A stretch of DNA of 64,000 nt from Phoronis australis (lineage: Eukaryota > Animalia > Phoronida). A program made the translations under genes and the position numbers. Every line of letters begins with the position of its first letter. Position 1 is the stretch's first letter. The notes below the pieces were generated by a model. That model saw only the letters and a list, made by a program, of their open reading frames with translations, was not told the DNA's origin and did not search any database. This document shows positions 28,530 to 39,972 of the stretch, piece after piece. The stretch covers positions 1,083,475 to 1,147,474 of the forward strand of contig NMRA01000057.1 of NCBI GenBank assembly GCA_002633005.1, in the 5' to 3' direction.

Positions 28530-30149
28530 TCATCTTCCCGTTTGATTTACGACAGTCAAGGCGTCCGCCTTCTGTGAGTGTGCCTGAACATTCGGTTATT
28601 TCAACTTTTGCATTTTCTGTTTAAGTTTGAAAGTTAATCATAAATTAGCGTACGCCGACTGGAGCGTTTTTGGTTAACGAAATCGACTAACATACATGTA
28701 TTTGCCAAAGATACGCCTACATATTCATAAATTGTTCCACTGAACTCAGATAGACTGTCTGAGCATTGAAGAACAGCATATAGTCTGTGGCCTGGCACAG
28801 ATGGTGTCATCACCCTGGGTCGAGTTACCAGTTGTGTAAACATACTGGGCACTATTGTCCTAATCGGATCTACTCTTGTGAAGTGAGGTCAGTCAGAGCC
28901 TGATTGCAATTATGACTAACTGCTAATATCCATTTCAATACATAATATCAATATCAGTCGGAACATAATTTCACAGAATGTTTCTAATGAATTACGAAAC
29001 CACAGATGTACTCGGGCATATTTTTCTAAACCCACAGCACTTTTTAGCACGCCATTCTTGCCTGATTTTCTTAGTAGACGAAAATATTTTGATTAATCGG
29101 TGCGAAAAAGTTTGTTTAGCACTTGATGTAGTAAATAGTGTTCTGCGATTCACTGGCATAGACAGAACTATTCACAAAAGTCGGTCGAAAACTCTGTAGT
29201 TTCATGGGGCCCCGGGCTTTAGCCAAATCTTCACAACACCTAACTAGTGTCTGATAATCATTAATATGAGAATTACAATTATCTACATATTATGTATCAT
29301 TCTTCCGGACATTATGTTTCTATAAAAAACAATCACTTAACGTTCTACATTACAAATCTGCTCTGCCAGGCTCCGTTGCAAGGCTTCCCACTTCCTGGTT
29401 CATGAACTCGGTTGGTGAAATTATCATGCTGTGACGTCAGCGGTACAAAAGGGTCTCGGTCACCATTCTGCAATCGGGATGCCCAGACGGTAGTTTTCCC
29501 CCAAGCGGAATGTCGTGTTAATCAATTAATGAGAAGTTAGATTCATCCACTGGCACTTGCTAGTAGCACTGGAAAAGTGTTAATTTAAATCCACCTGGTT
29601 TTGATTGTTCGGAACTCTGTGCTCTGTCTTCGAGGGCAATGTTCTATCAAAAAGTCTGCTGTCTAACCTTTACGTGTAGTGATGTGTTGCGGACGTCTTC
29701 ATCCGACAGAGAAGTCTTGTGATGAGAGGACAAAAAACGCCACCATTCCGAAATGGTCGTCCATCCCATATCCAAATCATGCAGACATCAGTATGCTTAT
29801 AAGCAAAGATTTTATAGTTACCTATGTAGTATCTTTGTTATCGGTATGCTTTTCCCATATATATTCGTTAACACTAAGCTTCAAGCAAAGCCACAGATAA
29901 CATAAAACAGCTGGTGAATAGTCCAACTCAAAAGTATTTTTGGCTGGAAGCAGGTGCGTAGACAACACGCGGGATTTCACGAATTACATAGTTTTGGTCC
30001 CATTAGTTTTCCATAAGATTAGATTGAATTGCTATCTTCATTGACACCCCCTCCCCCCCCCCTCCAGGCTAATTAATCTGCTAGGGCAATTCTGTCAAGG
30101 CGCGTTAATCATAAATAGCACTTGAAAATACATTCAGTTCTGGTATTCA

Positions 30150-31210
30150 TCAAAACACAGTTTCTGGCGTCTGGTGTGGACTTACTGACTTTTTTCTCAA
30201 CTCGTATTTTTTCTTCTTCGCAGCTTTTGAGTCAGGCCCATGTCTGCTTCCATGGCGACTCGCGAACATTTGCAACATAACCATGCTCACTAAAACAAAC
30301 AACGCAAAAGCCAAGCTGAAGTACATAACATAGTACGGACTTTTCTGAAACAAGTGACCGATCAGCCAGTCGAATCCAAATTTAAAAAGGACAGGGAATA
30401 TCCCAATCCACGCAGAGAAGGATGCGGTAATGGTGATGTAACGATTTGCCCAGGACAGACCTGAAGGCCAGTTAGGACCAGTAGTAAAACCGTAGACGCA
30501 AGCAAAGATCCAAAGATGGATCTGTGTGGGTAGCGCAAAGCTCAGGCAAGCGGTTGAGGCCACCACGAGCGTTAAACTGATAAACACTAGAATTTGAATT
30601 GGCACGCACAATGAGATGACCCCAACTAAAAGGCGACCAAGTGTGTAGAAGAGATTAAACAATGAATCCAAAAGCGCAGCATCTTGCTTGGAAAATTTCA
30701 ACTCGCTTTCAATGGCGAAAGAGAAAAGAAAGTATCGCACCGGGCCCTCATTTCCGTTTAGACCAACGTAATAAGACGTCATGCCAACTAGCATTATGAC
30801 ACCGAACGGTATGTCACCATCAGCCCAATTTCCTGGAGAAAAGAAAGACATGCAGTTCTTCTGATTGGATATTAAGCTGTCGGTGCGTTCACTTGCGAGA
30901 GCGATTGTTTTTGGTGGACCAACTAGCTGTAAAACAACAAAAGTCAAAGCACAAAAACTCCCGTATCCTCCTAATATGGCGTATGGTATTTCTATCTGTG
31001 ATTCGAACTCATTTTCGCTTTGTAACAGATGAGTATAAGCTGTAGCATTTCCAGTGCCATTCGCAACAACGCCATCTGTTGCATCTGGGGACAGAAACGA
31101 TCTCGCTACGAGAGGACAAATGAATGCTCCGATTCCAAAGCCAACATGCATAAAATGCATCGGTCCACTTGCGTGAGCTCCCCACAAATTTGCTATCATG
31201 TAATTACCAA
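30150..31210 (-). CDS. MFS transporter (MFSD4/sodium-dependent glucose transporter 1-like), coding exon 5 (last)
   Basis: Multi-TM ORF with LWGAHASGPMHFMHVGFGIGAFICPLVA, FYTLGRLLVGVIS and GPNWPSGLSWANRYI. Acceptor ttttctttcag at 31211; phase is consistent with the upstream exon. Confidence 0.9.
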
Positions 31211-31488
31211 CTGAAAGAAAAAATGGAGAAAAGTGACACCTTAGTTCACGTGCACAATTTCTAGCAACGAGCGCATTAAACTGAGACATTGTCATACATG
31301 TAGGGGTGTATAACAGCCATAAATGTCCACAGGCACTGGTACCGCTTTAGTGCACATGTTGCGGAGTCAACATGAACATGCAATAAACAGTAGATCATTA
31401 TTATACAATCTTCATACACGTGGATCATTGTTATACACTATCCATACATAAAACATTCGTTGATAGACTGACGTATGCACGTACTTAC

Positions 31489-31622
31489 TTGCGTTTTGAA
31501 GAGCAAATCCACAGAAAAAGAAAACGTTGGTTATCCCGTATTCAAAGAGAGATCGAGTCCACGGAAACAAGACACACGTGCCGGAAGTTAGCAGAAGAGA
31601 TGCACTCATCACGATATCTTGC
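31489..31622 (-). CDS. MFS transporter coding exon 4
   Basis: Reads (W)QDIVMSASLLLTSGTCVLFPWTRSLFEYGITNVFFFCGFALQNA, with tttcaag acceptor and gtaagt donor. Its 134 bp keep frame with both neighbours. Confidence 0.85.
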
Positions 31623-32779
31623 CTTGAAATAAATATACATGAATTTACCAGATCAAGAAATTACAAGCTGTAAATGCTCATTGCGGAACGTAGTCGTAAA
31701 GATTTGAGCATCTTTCAACTGTGCAAAATCGTTTACAGTTATTGGACACTGTTGGAACGGTGCCTTACAACTGTCACACAACAAGCATTCTAGATGTAGC
31801 TTAAGTTGAGTCCTAGAGCCTAGCATAGACGCAATATCGTCCTACTAAACTATACGTTGGATGCACAACAGACGTCGTTTTAATAGGCTTATCGTGCTAC
31901 TCGCGTACGGTTGCGCGATTCCAGGGTTGTTCTGCTAAATCTTTTTTTTTTCTCGCAACTCGTTATATATTTTGTACATGTATTTGAAGTTCCCCAGAAT
32001 ATAGATAAGGTATTGGACTAGACACTTGAAATATTGTAAAAATGGCTATTTCTTTAATAAGGTTTGAGACAACCTTAAGGGCAATAGGCGTGCGATATGT
32101 TTCCCATTGTTGCTAACATATTTTTGACCACATCATATGCCCTGTTGACTTCCTAAGGCGGTTGTGCGAGAATTTAGCCGTTCATAGGCCATTCATTTGA
32201 TAAGTTCGCGGACAAGTTGATAATTTTTGTCTATGATTTAAGTCTAATATGACATACTTCTCAAAAAAACTTCATAAATGGACGGCCGCATGAATGCCGG
32301 GCGAACATTGAATTAACTACGTAAGGTTTTATAGACTATTATGGGTCTATTACAAACCTTGCATGTACACCGTACATACATTGTATGATGACTCAACCGT
32401 ATAACTGAGTACGCATCAAGTTGTCCTTGGTGGACTTATATGCCGTTCGTAAGAAGGACTTTCCAACGGATATTAGGGTGGCGTTTGTGTGAAAAGCAAT
32501 CGTGAGGTGACCGTTTTGACTCCTTCCAGTGGTGTTAACACACGGCCGTGTTCTGTAAGCTGGGCACTCGCAAGAAAAGCTAGTGTGATTATTACTTCTT
32601 GCACGACGATATCTCACGAAGTCTTGCACGACCTTGCGTATTAGCACTTATTGCGTCTACGCATTGCAGTCCGACACTTCTTATCGTTCAGGGACCGCGA
32701 TATCTAATATTTGTACCGGAAATCAACCTGGAAATCATTAACATTTTCTATTCTACTTTCGTGCGAACACAACAATTAA

Positions 32780-32990
32780 CAATGTCCGCTCAAGTACATT
32801 ACAGTTTATGCTGTTGAGGTTCTAGTCCAAGTTCGCGCTTGATGACCCTTAGCTTCGAATGATAAATGCGAATAAAAACTCGAAATTTCGAGTTCAGACT
32901 CGAACTTCCAGCATCAATGCTGAGGTCATCAAGTGCAAGCTAAGACTAGACACCCATCCACATTAACCATAATGTACTCGAGCACAGCAT
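32780..32990. mobile_element. Palindromic MITE in MFS intron
   Basis: ctcaagtacattacagtttatg...tctagtccaagttcgcgcttgatgaccct is inverted against aggtcatcaagtgcaagctaagactaga...cattaaccataatgtactcgag. Confidence 0.55.
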
Positions 32991-33063
32991 AACAGACATG
33001 TAATTTGTAAATGATCCAATAAAACTATTAGTACAATTTTCATAAAGCACAAAGATCGCCTAC

Positions 33064-33218
33064 CATTTAGAAAATTTGTCGCAAATCATTGCAACTGCAA
33101 ACCCCACTATGGAAATCAGAGGTCCGAACGATCCCGCCTGAGTTATCGTCTCGTAGTTAGCCCCTATTCTAGGAAGCATATCTGGTATCGTTACGGATAT
33201 AATCGTCGCAGCCAATCC
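33064..33218 (-). CDS. MFS transporter coding exon 3
   Basis: Reads GLAATIISVTIPDMLPRIGANYETITQAGSFGPLISIVGFAVAMICDKFSK(W), with tttccag acceptor and gtaggc donor. The split TG|G Trp codon joins exon 4. Confidence 0.85.
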
Positions 33219-33599
33219 CTGGAAATGTGTAACAGTGTTACAATTAAAGACAGGCGCTGTCTGCTACTAGAAAGCAAGGTTTTGATCTCACGAGTAATTT
33301 CTTATTATTTCTATGATTTGGCTGGATATGACTAATGAATATGAATCAGTTCCACAGTCGATGTCCACGAAAGTAATCTCTGCTTAAAATTTCTCTGGTA
33401 AATCCAGGATCGTGGTAGAGTCCGCTTACAATGGTTCCGAATGAAAACCACCGTCGACGATTTCACAACTACAGAGTGACAGAAGCTCAAGAAATAAATT
33501 CTTGCAGAATGTACTATCTCGATCACCCTGTTCATAACTCACTGAAACACATATTATGCAGATCGAGGGCGTAGTGCAGGGATCCAATGGAGACAGTAG

Positions 33600-34810
33600 G
33601 CAGTCATGTTTGGGGCCTTGACATTAAGTCATGGCAGAGCTGACACGCTGCATTTTGACAATTAATTTTAGGGGGATTAGCTAAGTGGACGATGGAGTTC
33701 AAGCCTAGAGAAGTCAAGAGGTTTTGTAATTCAGAAACGAGTCCTTTAAGAAACTGAGGAAACCATTTGAACCTTTGGGGAGAAAAAGTTCCGTTCATCC
33801 TTATGAAATGCTTGGGAAAGGCCTACGATGGAACCTTGAAGAACGACAGCGATGTTAGAATTATGCTGGTGTTACCAGCATGGTCTTTTGCCAAGATTAC
33901 AGAGTCCATTTTTGATGTGCAAGGTTTAGTACTCAGCGGCTGCGGCAATGGAGAGAACATTGAGCAAATTTTGACAGAAAAGTACAGCCGTTCTCGCAAG
34001 TTTCAGTATTTTGGGGCTGTACAATAACTTATTATAAGTTGTTATACAAATTATACCAACTTTATCAACTCAAGAAGAATACACGGTGACCATTGTTCAA
34101 GTGGTGGTGACTCTGTGTGACACTGGCAGGGCAAGGCACACTTAGGTTGTAGAGATGAAATGCTGCCGAAGGCAGGGGTTGGAGGTACTCTTAGAACAAC
34201 TGAGCCAAGAATGTGACATTCAAGAAAGAGGGAAGAGCTCGCATAATACAGGATATGAGGACTTTTGGAGAAGACCGCAGGTATGCGGAGGCAATCCGTA
34301 TGGAGTAACACAGCTGCTGGACAAATTGGCCACATACGTTACAACCAGGAAGTTAGAATTGGTTGATGTCATGAGATTGAAAGCGACGCGGATGAGTTTT
34401 TTGTAGCGATTGTATGAAAACACCAACGCAGAATCTGATGGCCTGCGGTATACGTTCCCAGGTGCTGCAAGTTGTGGCAATGAACCTGTGCCCGGTTGCA
34501 TGAAACAGTCCCAAATAGAAACTCAACTAATTTCCCCAAATCTACTGCGTTTGTTGGGGCTTATTATTCTCAGATTCGTCGAGTCACGGTGGTTATTAAA
34601 TCAAAGATATCACGGGAGACGATAACGGAAGAAGGGCACCAACGCAAAAAAACTGAAGTATGGTAACCTCAGAGAATAAGGTGTCAAAAGGTTGAATGCG
34701 TATGGTCTTCCTAATTGGGGTCGCCTGCAGAAAGTTTCCTGCATGGTCATTGGTTCAAATGGTACAGAAATTGGGGTTTATCGCGGCTGCGAAATAAATC
34801 TTGGCTAAGG
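33600..34810 (+). mobile_element. Decayed non-LTR retrotransposon with restriction-like endonuclease (Hero/R2-group-like)
   Basis: Broken frames give MKCLGKAYDGTLK, RRQGL, LKATRMSFL*RLY, EEGHQRKK/LKYGNL and EIG..RG. The order matches the post-RT and REL regions of Hero-type elements. Many stops and frameshifts. Confidence 0.55.
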
Positions 34811-36102
34811 CAGCTGACGAACCAGAGAAGGGTTCCAGGTGGGTGTGGTTGAGAAAATAGCAGCAGCAACAGCAGCAGAACCCGGCGCTAGGCAAAGACT
34901 GGTCAGATCTCTATCGGCACGCGCGTTAGAAGTAGTCCTGCTGGGAAGGATCGAAAACTCCTGAGGACGATAACAGCCAGCTTCTCGATAGCTGTAGGAG
35001 CGCATCAAGACATGGAGGTAAATTGGTAAAGTAAAGGGCCAAGACTTCAGCAAATGCCTGGCAGACACTGAGTGAGAATTGGCTCATTTGTAATGAAATC
35101 ACGAAAATACAACGCATTTCATTGTTTTATACCTTTGGTCAAAGCTAGTAACTTCGAGAAGTCTGCAGCATCCAAGACTACTTACAAAATGTATTTCTAC
35201 CGCAAAAACGATACTGTCCCTCTCACGGTGCGCCTTCTTGTTGGCAAAGTATGAACTATAGCTAAGTAAAGGTGACAACAGACCACTGAAGAGGGAGCTG
35301 TCGCTGGCTGGCTTGACCTTTTCGGTTAGAGAGTTGTGACACGTCTTCAGTCGAATGTGGGATACGGTTTTCCAGTAAAATGTAAAAATAAACCACAGAA
35401 CGTACATCTGCAACCCCACCCAAGAGCTGGCGAGAAAAATGTATTTTCCGCAATTCCCTAGTCTCGAACACAGGCTCTTTCAGCAGGTACCTCACTAGAA
35501 AGGTAAATCTCGCGAGATTCCGCGACATACTGCCATGTATTCTCAAACGAGATCACCTGGTGTTGGCTAGATTTATCAGCAAGACTCCGCCCGCACACTA
35601 CCCTGATGTAGAGGCCATTTGGTCAGATTATCTGCCATACTAATGCGCCATCTGGTGTGCCTATTCAAATATTCTCAATCCAGAGTACATGTATGTTGGT
35701 GATCATTGCACAATTTAAATTTAGGGATAACTTTTGTGAGGGGCGAAACAGATGCACAGCAATCAAAATTGAGATTGTGATGAGCAGTACTGTGATGATC
35801 ACAACCCGTGTTTATCACATGGATTATGCGGCACATTTTACAGTAGTAAAAGTTGTAAAACAGGTTTTTTATGTCCAGATTTAAATACACCAGGCTTCCC
35901 GATCATTGTCGAATCAATTAAAAACCCGATGCCACAGATATACAATAGACGCAAATCCCAATACAGTCTTGGGTTCTAGACTAGCAATTCTCAAACTGCA
36001 TTAACTGTTAAAAAGGTTGCTTGTTTGCAGAGTCAGCTTATCATAAACCTCTATTCTAGAATCAACGTTTGGAGACCCATGAAGATGTCAATGAATGTTT
36101 AC

Positions 36103-36234
36103 CATATTGATCCATACATTGACAAGAGCGGCGGTTTTGCAAACGAGCAGACATTTCGATCCAAGGCCAACCGACGGGTCAAGTAATGGAAATCTTTTTG
36201 ACGTATTCACTTGGCCATCTGTTGTATCTTCCTT
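36103..36234 (-). CDS. MFS transporter coding exon 2
   Basis: Reads KEDTTDGQVNTSKRFPLLDPSVGLGSKCLLVCKTAALVNVWINM, with ttttttccaatag acceptor and gtaaac donor. Phase 0 join gives KTAALVNVWINM|GLAA, a plausible first TM helix. Confidence 0.75.
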
Positions 36235-37653
36235 CTATTGGAAAAAATAGATGTTATCAACAGTTGTGGCAAATTCAAACATGAAACCATAAACATTGTA
36301 AAAAATGGCGTTATGTGTTTGTATTTAAAGACAGCGAGTTTTCAGAAACCACGGGTCCCAAACATGGCTGTGATATTTACATGGACGTCAAGGAAAATAT
36401 TAAACTGATTTTTATACAAAAATTGGTCTTACGCTCCTATTTCACAAATACTGAAAAATTTTAGCCGAGTAATTATTAGTGCACCACACTCTAGAAAAGA
36501 ATATTGGAATTACGTCACTGGCTCACAATAATTAATGTTTACATTCTTGGAGACTGCTCATTCACTCAAGAGAACTTTTTCGGAAATAGTTGTGATGGAG
36601 CGTAAGACCACTTTTAAGACTTAAGTTAAACCTTAAGTCGTAACCGGTCCCTGAATCTTCCTATAAGTACAGACTATGTGAACTTAGACTGAAAGGATGC
36701 ACAAAATATACAAGTGACACTAGGCACGAACCGAGCTGAAAGAATGCAATGGACTTCGCCGCACTGATACATTCCAGTTGCTTGTAGGTTTAGGTAGAGA
36801 GCACTGGTTCGCCGGTATGATTCGAGCGGACAATTTTGGCTTATGATTCATTCAAGGAACGTGGTTGAATGATTTGGTACCCTTGATATAGTAAGCGAAG
36901 CGAACCGAGACATATGTATTCGTCAACTTGACAACCAATTAGATTTGCAGCCAAGAAGCAAATAATTATGTGGACATTAATTACGAAGTCGAGCACATTT
37001 CTGTCTGGGATCTCCCCACCCCACCTCACACACCCAAATAAGTCAGTTATCGGTTATCAGCCACGTACTACGACGTTTGACATTCAGTGATTTCTGACCT
37101 AGCCAATAACTGAATGAATGTTAATAGAAATGTTTAATTGTGTGTTATTATGGCGGCTACATGTACAAACTGCGTTCTGAGGACAAAACCAACTTTTGAT
37201 TTGGAACTCTTTTATCGCTGTAGAATTGGTCTCAACATGTTTCTTATTTAGACAAAGAGTGATGTTTAGTTTCCATTCTTTCACACCAAGCTCGGTGAAT
37301 AAGAGACAGCTTGACGACCTTGGACTAATACGGTTTCCCAGAAATCTGTTGGCCAGGAACGATTTGGTAAGTCAGTATGGTTTTTGAGATGGAATGTATG
37401 TTCGTAGCCGTTCTATTCTTGATCACTTATTTTGCCAGTAGGAATAAAGATTTCGCTAACCTGGGTCCAGGGTCTGTTCATATTAAATGACTCGAAATTC
37501 GATTCGAAGCCGGAATAAACATTCGCATAGCACGCTAACAGAACACAGATGTAAAATTGTACTCGAATAGTGCTGAGTATTATACATGTACGACTCGAGC
37601 TCGAATTTGGAGATTAAACCCTGACCCTTGGGAATATGTTACAGGATGCTCAC

Positions 37654-37698
37654 CTTTTCAGTTTTTCCCGAGATGCCATGCTCATGTGTATCCGTCAT
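37654..37698 (-). CDS. MFS transporter putative first coding exon
   Basis: ATG at 37698, reading MTDTHEHGISGKTEK, followed by a strong AAG|GTGAG donor in phase 0. The full model is about 508 aa. Confidence 0.55.
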
Positions 37699-38405
37699 AA
37701 TGAATGGGGTAAACCATACAGCTACTCTTTGATTTTAGGATACAATACTCACGTAATACTTCGGTGGGTATAAAGAGGTTGCAAACTAAACTTATCTGGT
37801 GTTGAACGTTGAACCGATAACCTTGCTTTGCATATCAGAAAAGAGACGTGCAAATAAATTCTGGATTTATTGGTTTAACAATTCCAACATTGACTTGATG
37901 GCCAGTCGTTCCACTGAATTCTTAGTCTCTGTAAAACAAAATACAATGCCATCGAAGATTTCGTATGGTCCTAATCTCGTTCTGAAACTTAAACCTAAAA
38001 GAAATTAAGGAACCCCAGGACGTTTGTTTTTGTCCAGCTGAACATTTATCTTGTCTAACACTCCCAAGGTCTTGTTAAAATTAGAAAAATTTTACCGGAG
38101 AGCTTTCAACTGAGATAACCCCAATATCTGTCCCAACGTACGTGATTGTTGTTTCTCAAAAGGAATCCGGTGACGAATTGGTATAAAAACGTTTATGTTA
38201 GATCTGTTTGAAACGTGCGTTACATCTTTCTTATTAAGTACACTTTAGAATAAAAAATAATGACATCTTGTTCAAATGGTTCAATTAAAATTGAAAAATG
38301 AAAAAATCCTCAATGTTGCCCTGTATTCATTGTTCAATGTAAATTGAATCTAGGAATCATGGAACATCCATCCGCCAACATTCCATTTCACGGGAGTAGA
38401 CTGAG

Positions 38406-38564
38406 CAGGGCTCGACGCTATTAAAATCGCCAGGTCGCATTTTGCGACCTAGCCAAAATTCCAGGTCGCATTTTGCGACATGATACGAGCTGACAAAAAT
38501 CTCAGCTCGCATTTGCAAATTTCAGGTCGCAAATGCAACCTGCAGCTTATTATGTCGAGCCCTG
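38406..38564. mobile_element. MITE with TIR cagggctcgac and 5-bp TSD ctgag
   Basis: Perfect 11-bp TIR cagggctcgac...gtcgagccctg, with ctgag on both sides and an internal repeated caggtcgca(ttttgcgac) motif. Confidence 0.8.
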
Positions 38565-39414
38565 CTGAGGCGTATTTGTCGGGCAGGAGCAGCACTGACA
38601 GCTCGAGTCACCAGATATGGGCAAAAGTTATGAATAGTTTTGACAAACAATTACGAAAAAAGTTTGGGTAGCGCAGCATCCAATGACAAAACACGGGCAA
38701 GCAGTCGTAGAAATCGCATCGACAGCGAAATATATAAAAGAGAGGTCAAAGTCATGACGAGAACTTATGTCAACGTTTGAAACTGGGAAATAAAAAAGTT
38801 TCACTAATGCCCAAAGACAAAGCATATTGCAGGGTACAACAGCCTCAATACATGTGGTCCAAACGTTTTAAGATTTTGACTGAGGCTGGTTTAAAATCCA
38901 CGCAAACCAAAATCGCAAGGAGGAAAGTTTGGCAAAGTTTAAGACCTGCATTTGGCAAAAATACATACATGTAGAAATGATACCGGATAACAACTTGAAT
39001 GAAATAACTTTTTCGCTATCACTGGAATGCAGAATACACAAGCTCGCGTTGAAGGGTGCCACATCCCATCCCACCCCACCAGCGGGATACCTCGATAGTT
39101 ATGGATTGTAGTTGTTTATACGTCAACTGATAAAATCTGGTGTAATCGAATTAAATACCCTTATCCATCAAACCCGTACCACGACTACTGCTCTCAGTTC
39201 AGCCTTAGGCGATTATTGTCATGTCATGCGCCGCACGGGGATGGTAGCGAATTAGATGTGATTTAAGTGGGCACCACTCTGTAATGGCAATGAAATCGAA
39301 TAAATCTGAAGTTTAGTCAACACGCCATGGATCTTATTTGTAATGCTCCCTATGGCTTACTCAAGTTCAGTCAATAGGTCACCCGGTCTACAATGCTGAC
39401 TCAGTGTTTGTTTG

Positions 39415-39564
39415 CAGTGGCGGATTTAGAGGGTGGCCAAAGCCCCCCCAAAATTCTCCCAGATTCCATTGGGCAGTTCGGAGGTGCGAATGTCTGACGG
39501 GCAAAATCCTGGCTATGAATATGCTGCCCTGCCCCCCCAACTCAAAATCCTGGATCCGCCCGTG
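39415..39564 (-). mobile_element. MITE, CAGGGG(C/T)GGATC family, 5-bp TSD gtttg
   Basis: Reverse-orientation copy of the 25997/28364 element, with gtttg on both sides. Confidence 0.75.
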
Positions 39565-39796
39565 GTTTGTGTAATATAGCTTAGTCAAATCAATGAGAAA
39601 TCGAATGGCAAGTGACTCCTTTACATAAACATTTTTCTTCGACAAAGCGATTTCACTGTGCATATCCAGCGTTGAATTATTGTGCACCCGGCGAGTCCAG
39701 AGTTACCAAATTGCGCCATAAGCGCACAGGGTAACTTCCTAGGTCACCGTAAGAGGACACTATGTGACGGGCATTCATTGCGTTGCGTGGTCGACT

Positions 39797-39840
39797 TCAC
39801 ACCAGCCTACTAAAAGCAGTTACTCACAATAGGATATATA
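39797..39840 (+). promoter_or_regulatory. Type 3 Pol III promoter of U6 (PSE-like element + TATA)
   Basis: TATATA at 39835-39840 (-29 to -24 from 39864). tcacaccagcctactaaaag at about -67 to -48 resembles the TCACC..TAAAAG PSE pattern. Confidence 0.65.
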
Positions 39841-39863
39841 CGAAGGTCAGATAATAAATGTTT

Positions 39864-39880
39864 GTACAGCTACGTGCTGT

Positions 39881-39920
<40 letters not shown>

Positions 39921-39972
39921 GGCCCCTGGCGCAAGGATGACACGCAAATTCGTGAAGCGTTCCAAATTTTTT
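39864..39972 (+). ncRNA. U6: U6 spliceosomal snRNA
   Basis: acatatactaaaattggaacgatacagagaagattagcatggcccctg(g)cgcaaggatgacacgcaaattcgtgaagcgttccaaattttt matches metazoan U6 (ACAGAGA box, AGC triad, oligo-T terminator). The 5' hairpin is GTACAGC-TACGT-GCTGTAC. Confidence 0.95.

Noticed and set aside
31211-31295. N-terminal 29 aa of the 381-aa ORF as the real start
   Set aside because: It is intronic: it includes the polypyrimidine tract and AG acceptor, and the upstream exons splice in frame at 31210.
35280-35360. Penelope-type hammerhead ribozyme (CTGAAGA...GAAA on the minus strand)
   Set aside because: Stem II cannot close (C opposite C) and there is no convincing stem I/III or adjacent GIY-YIG coding sequence.
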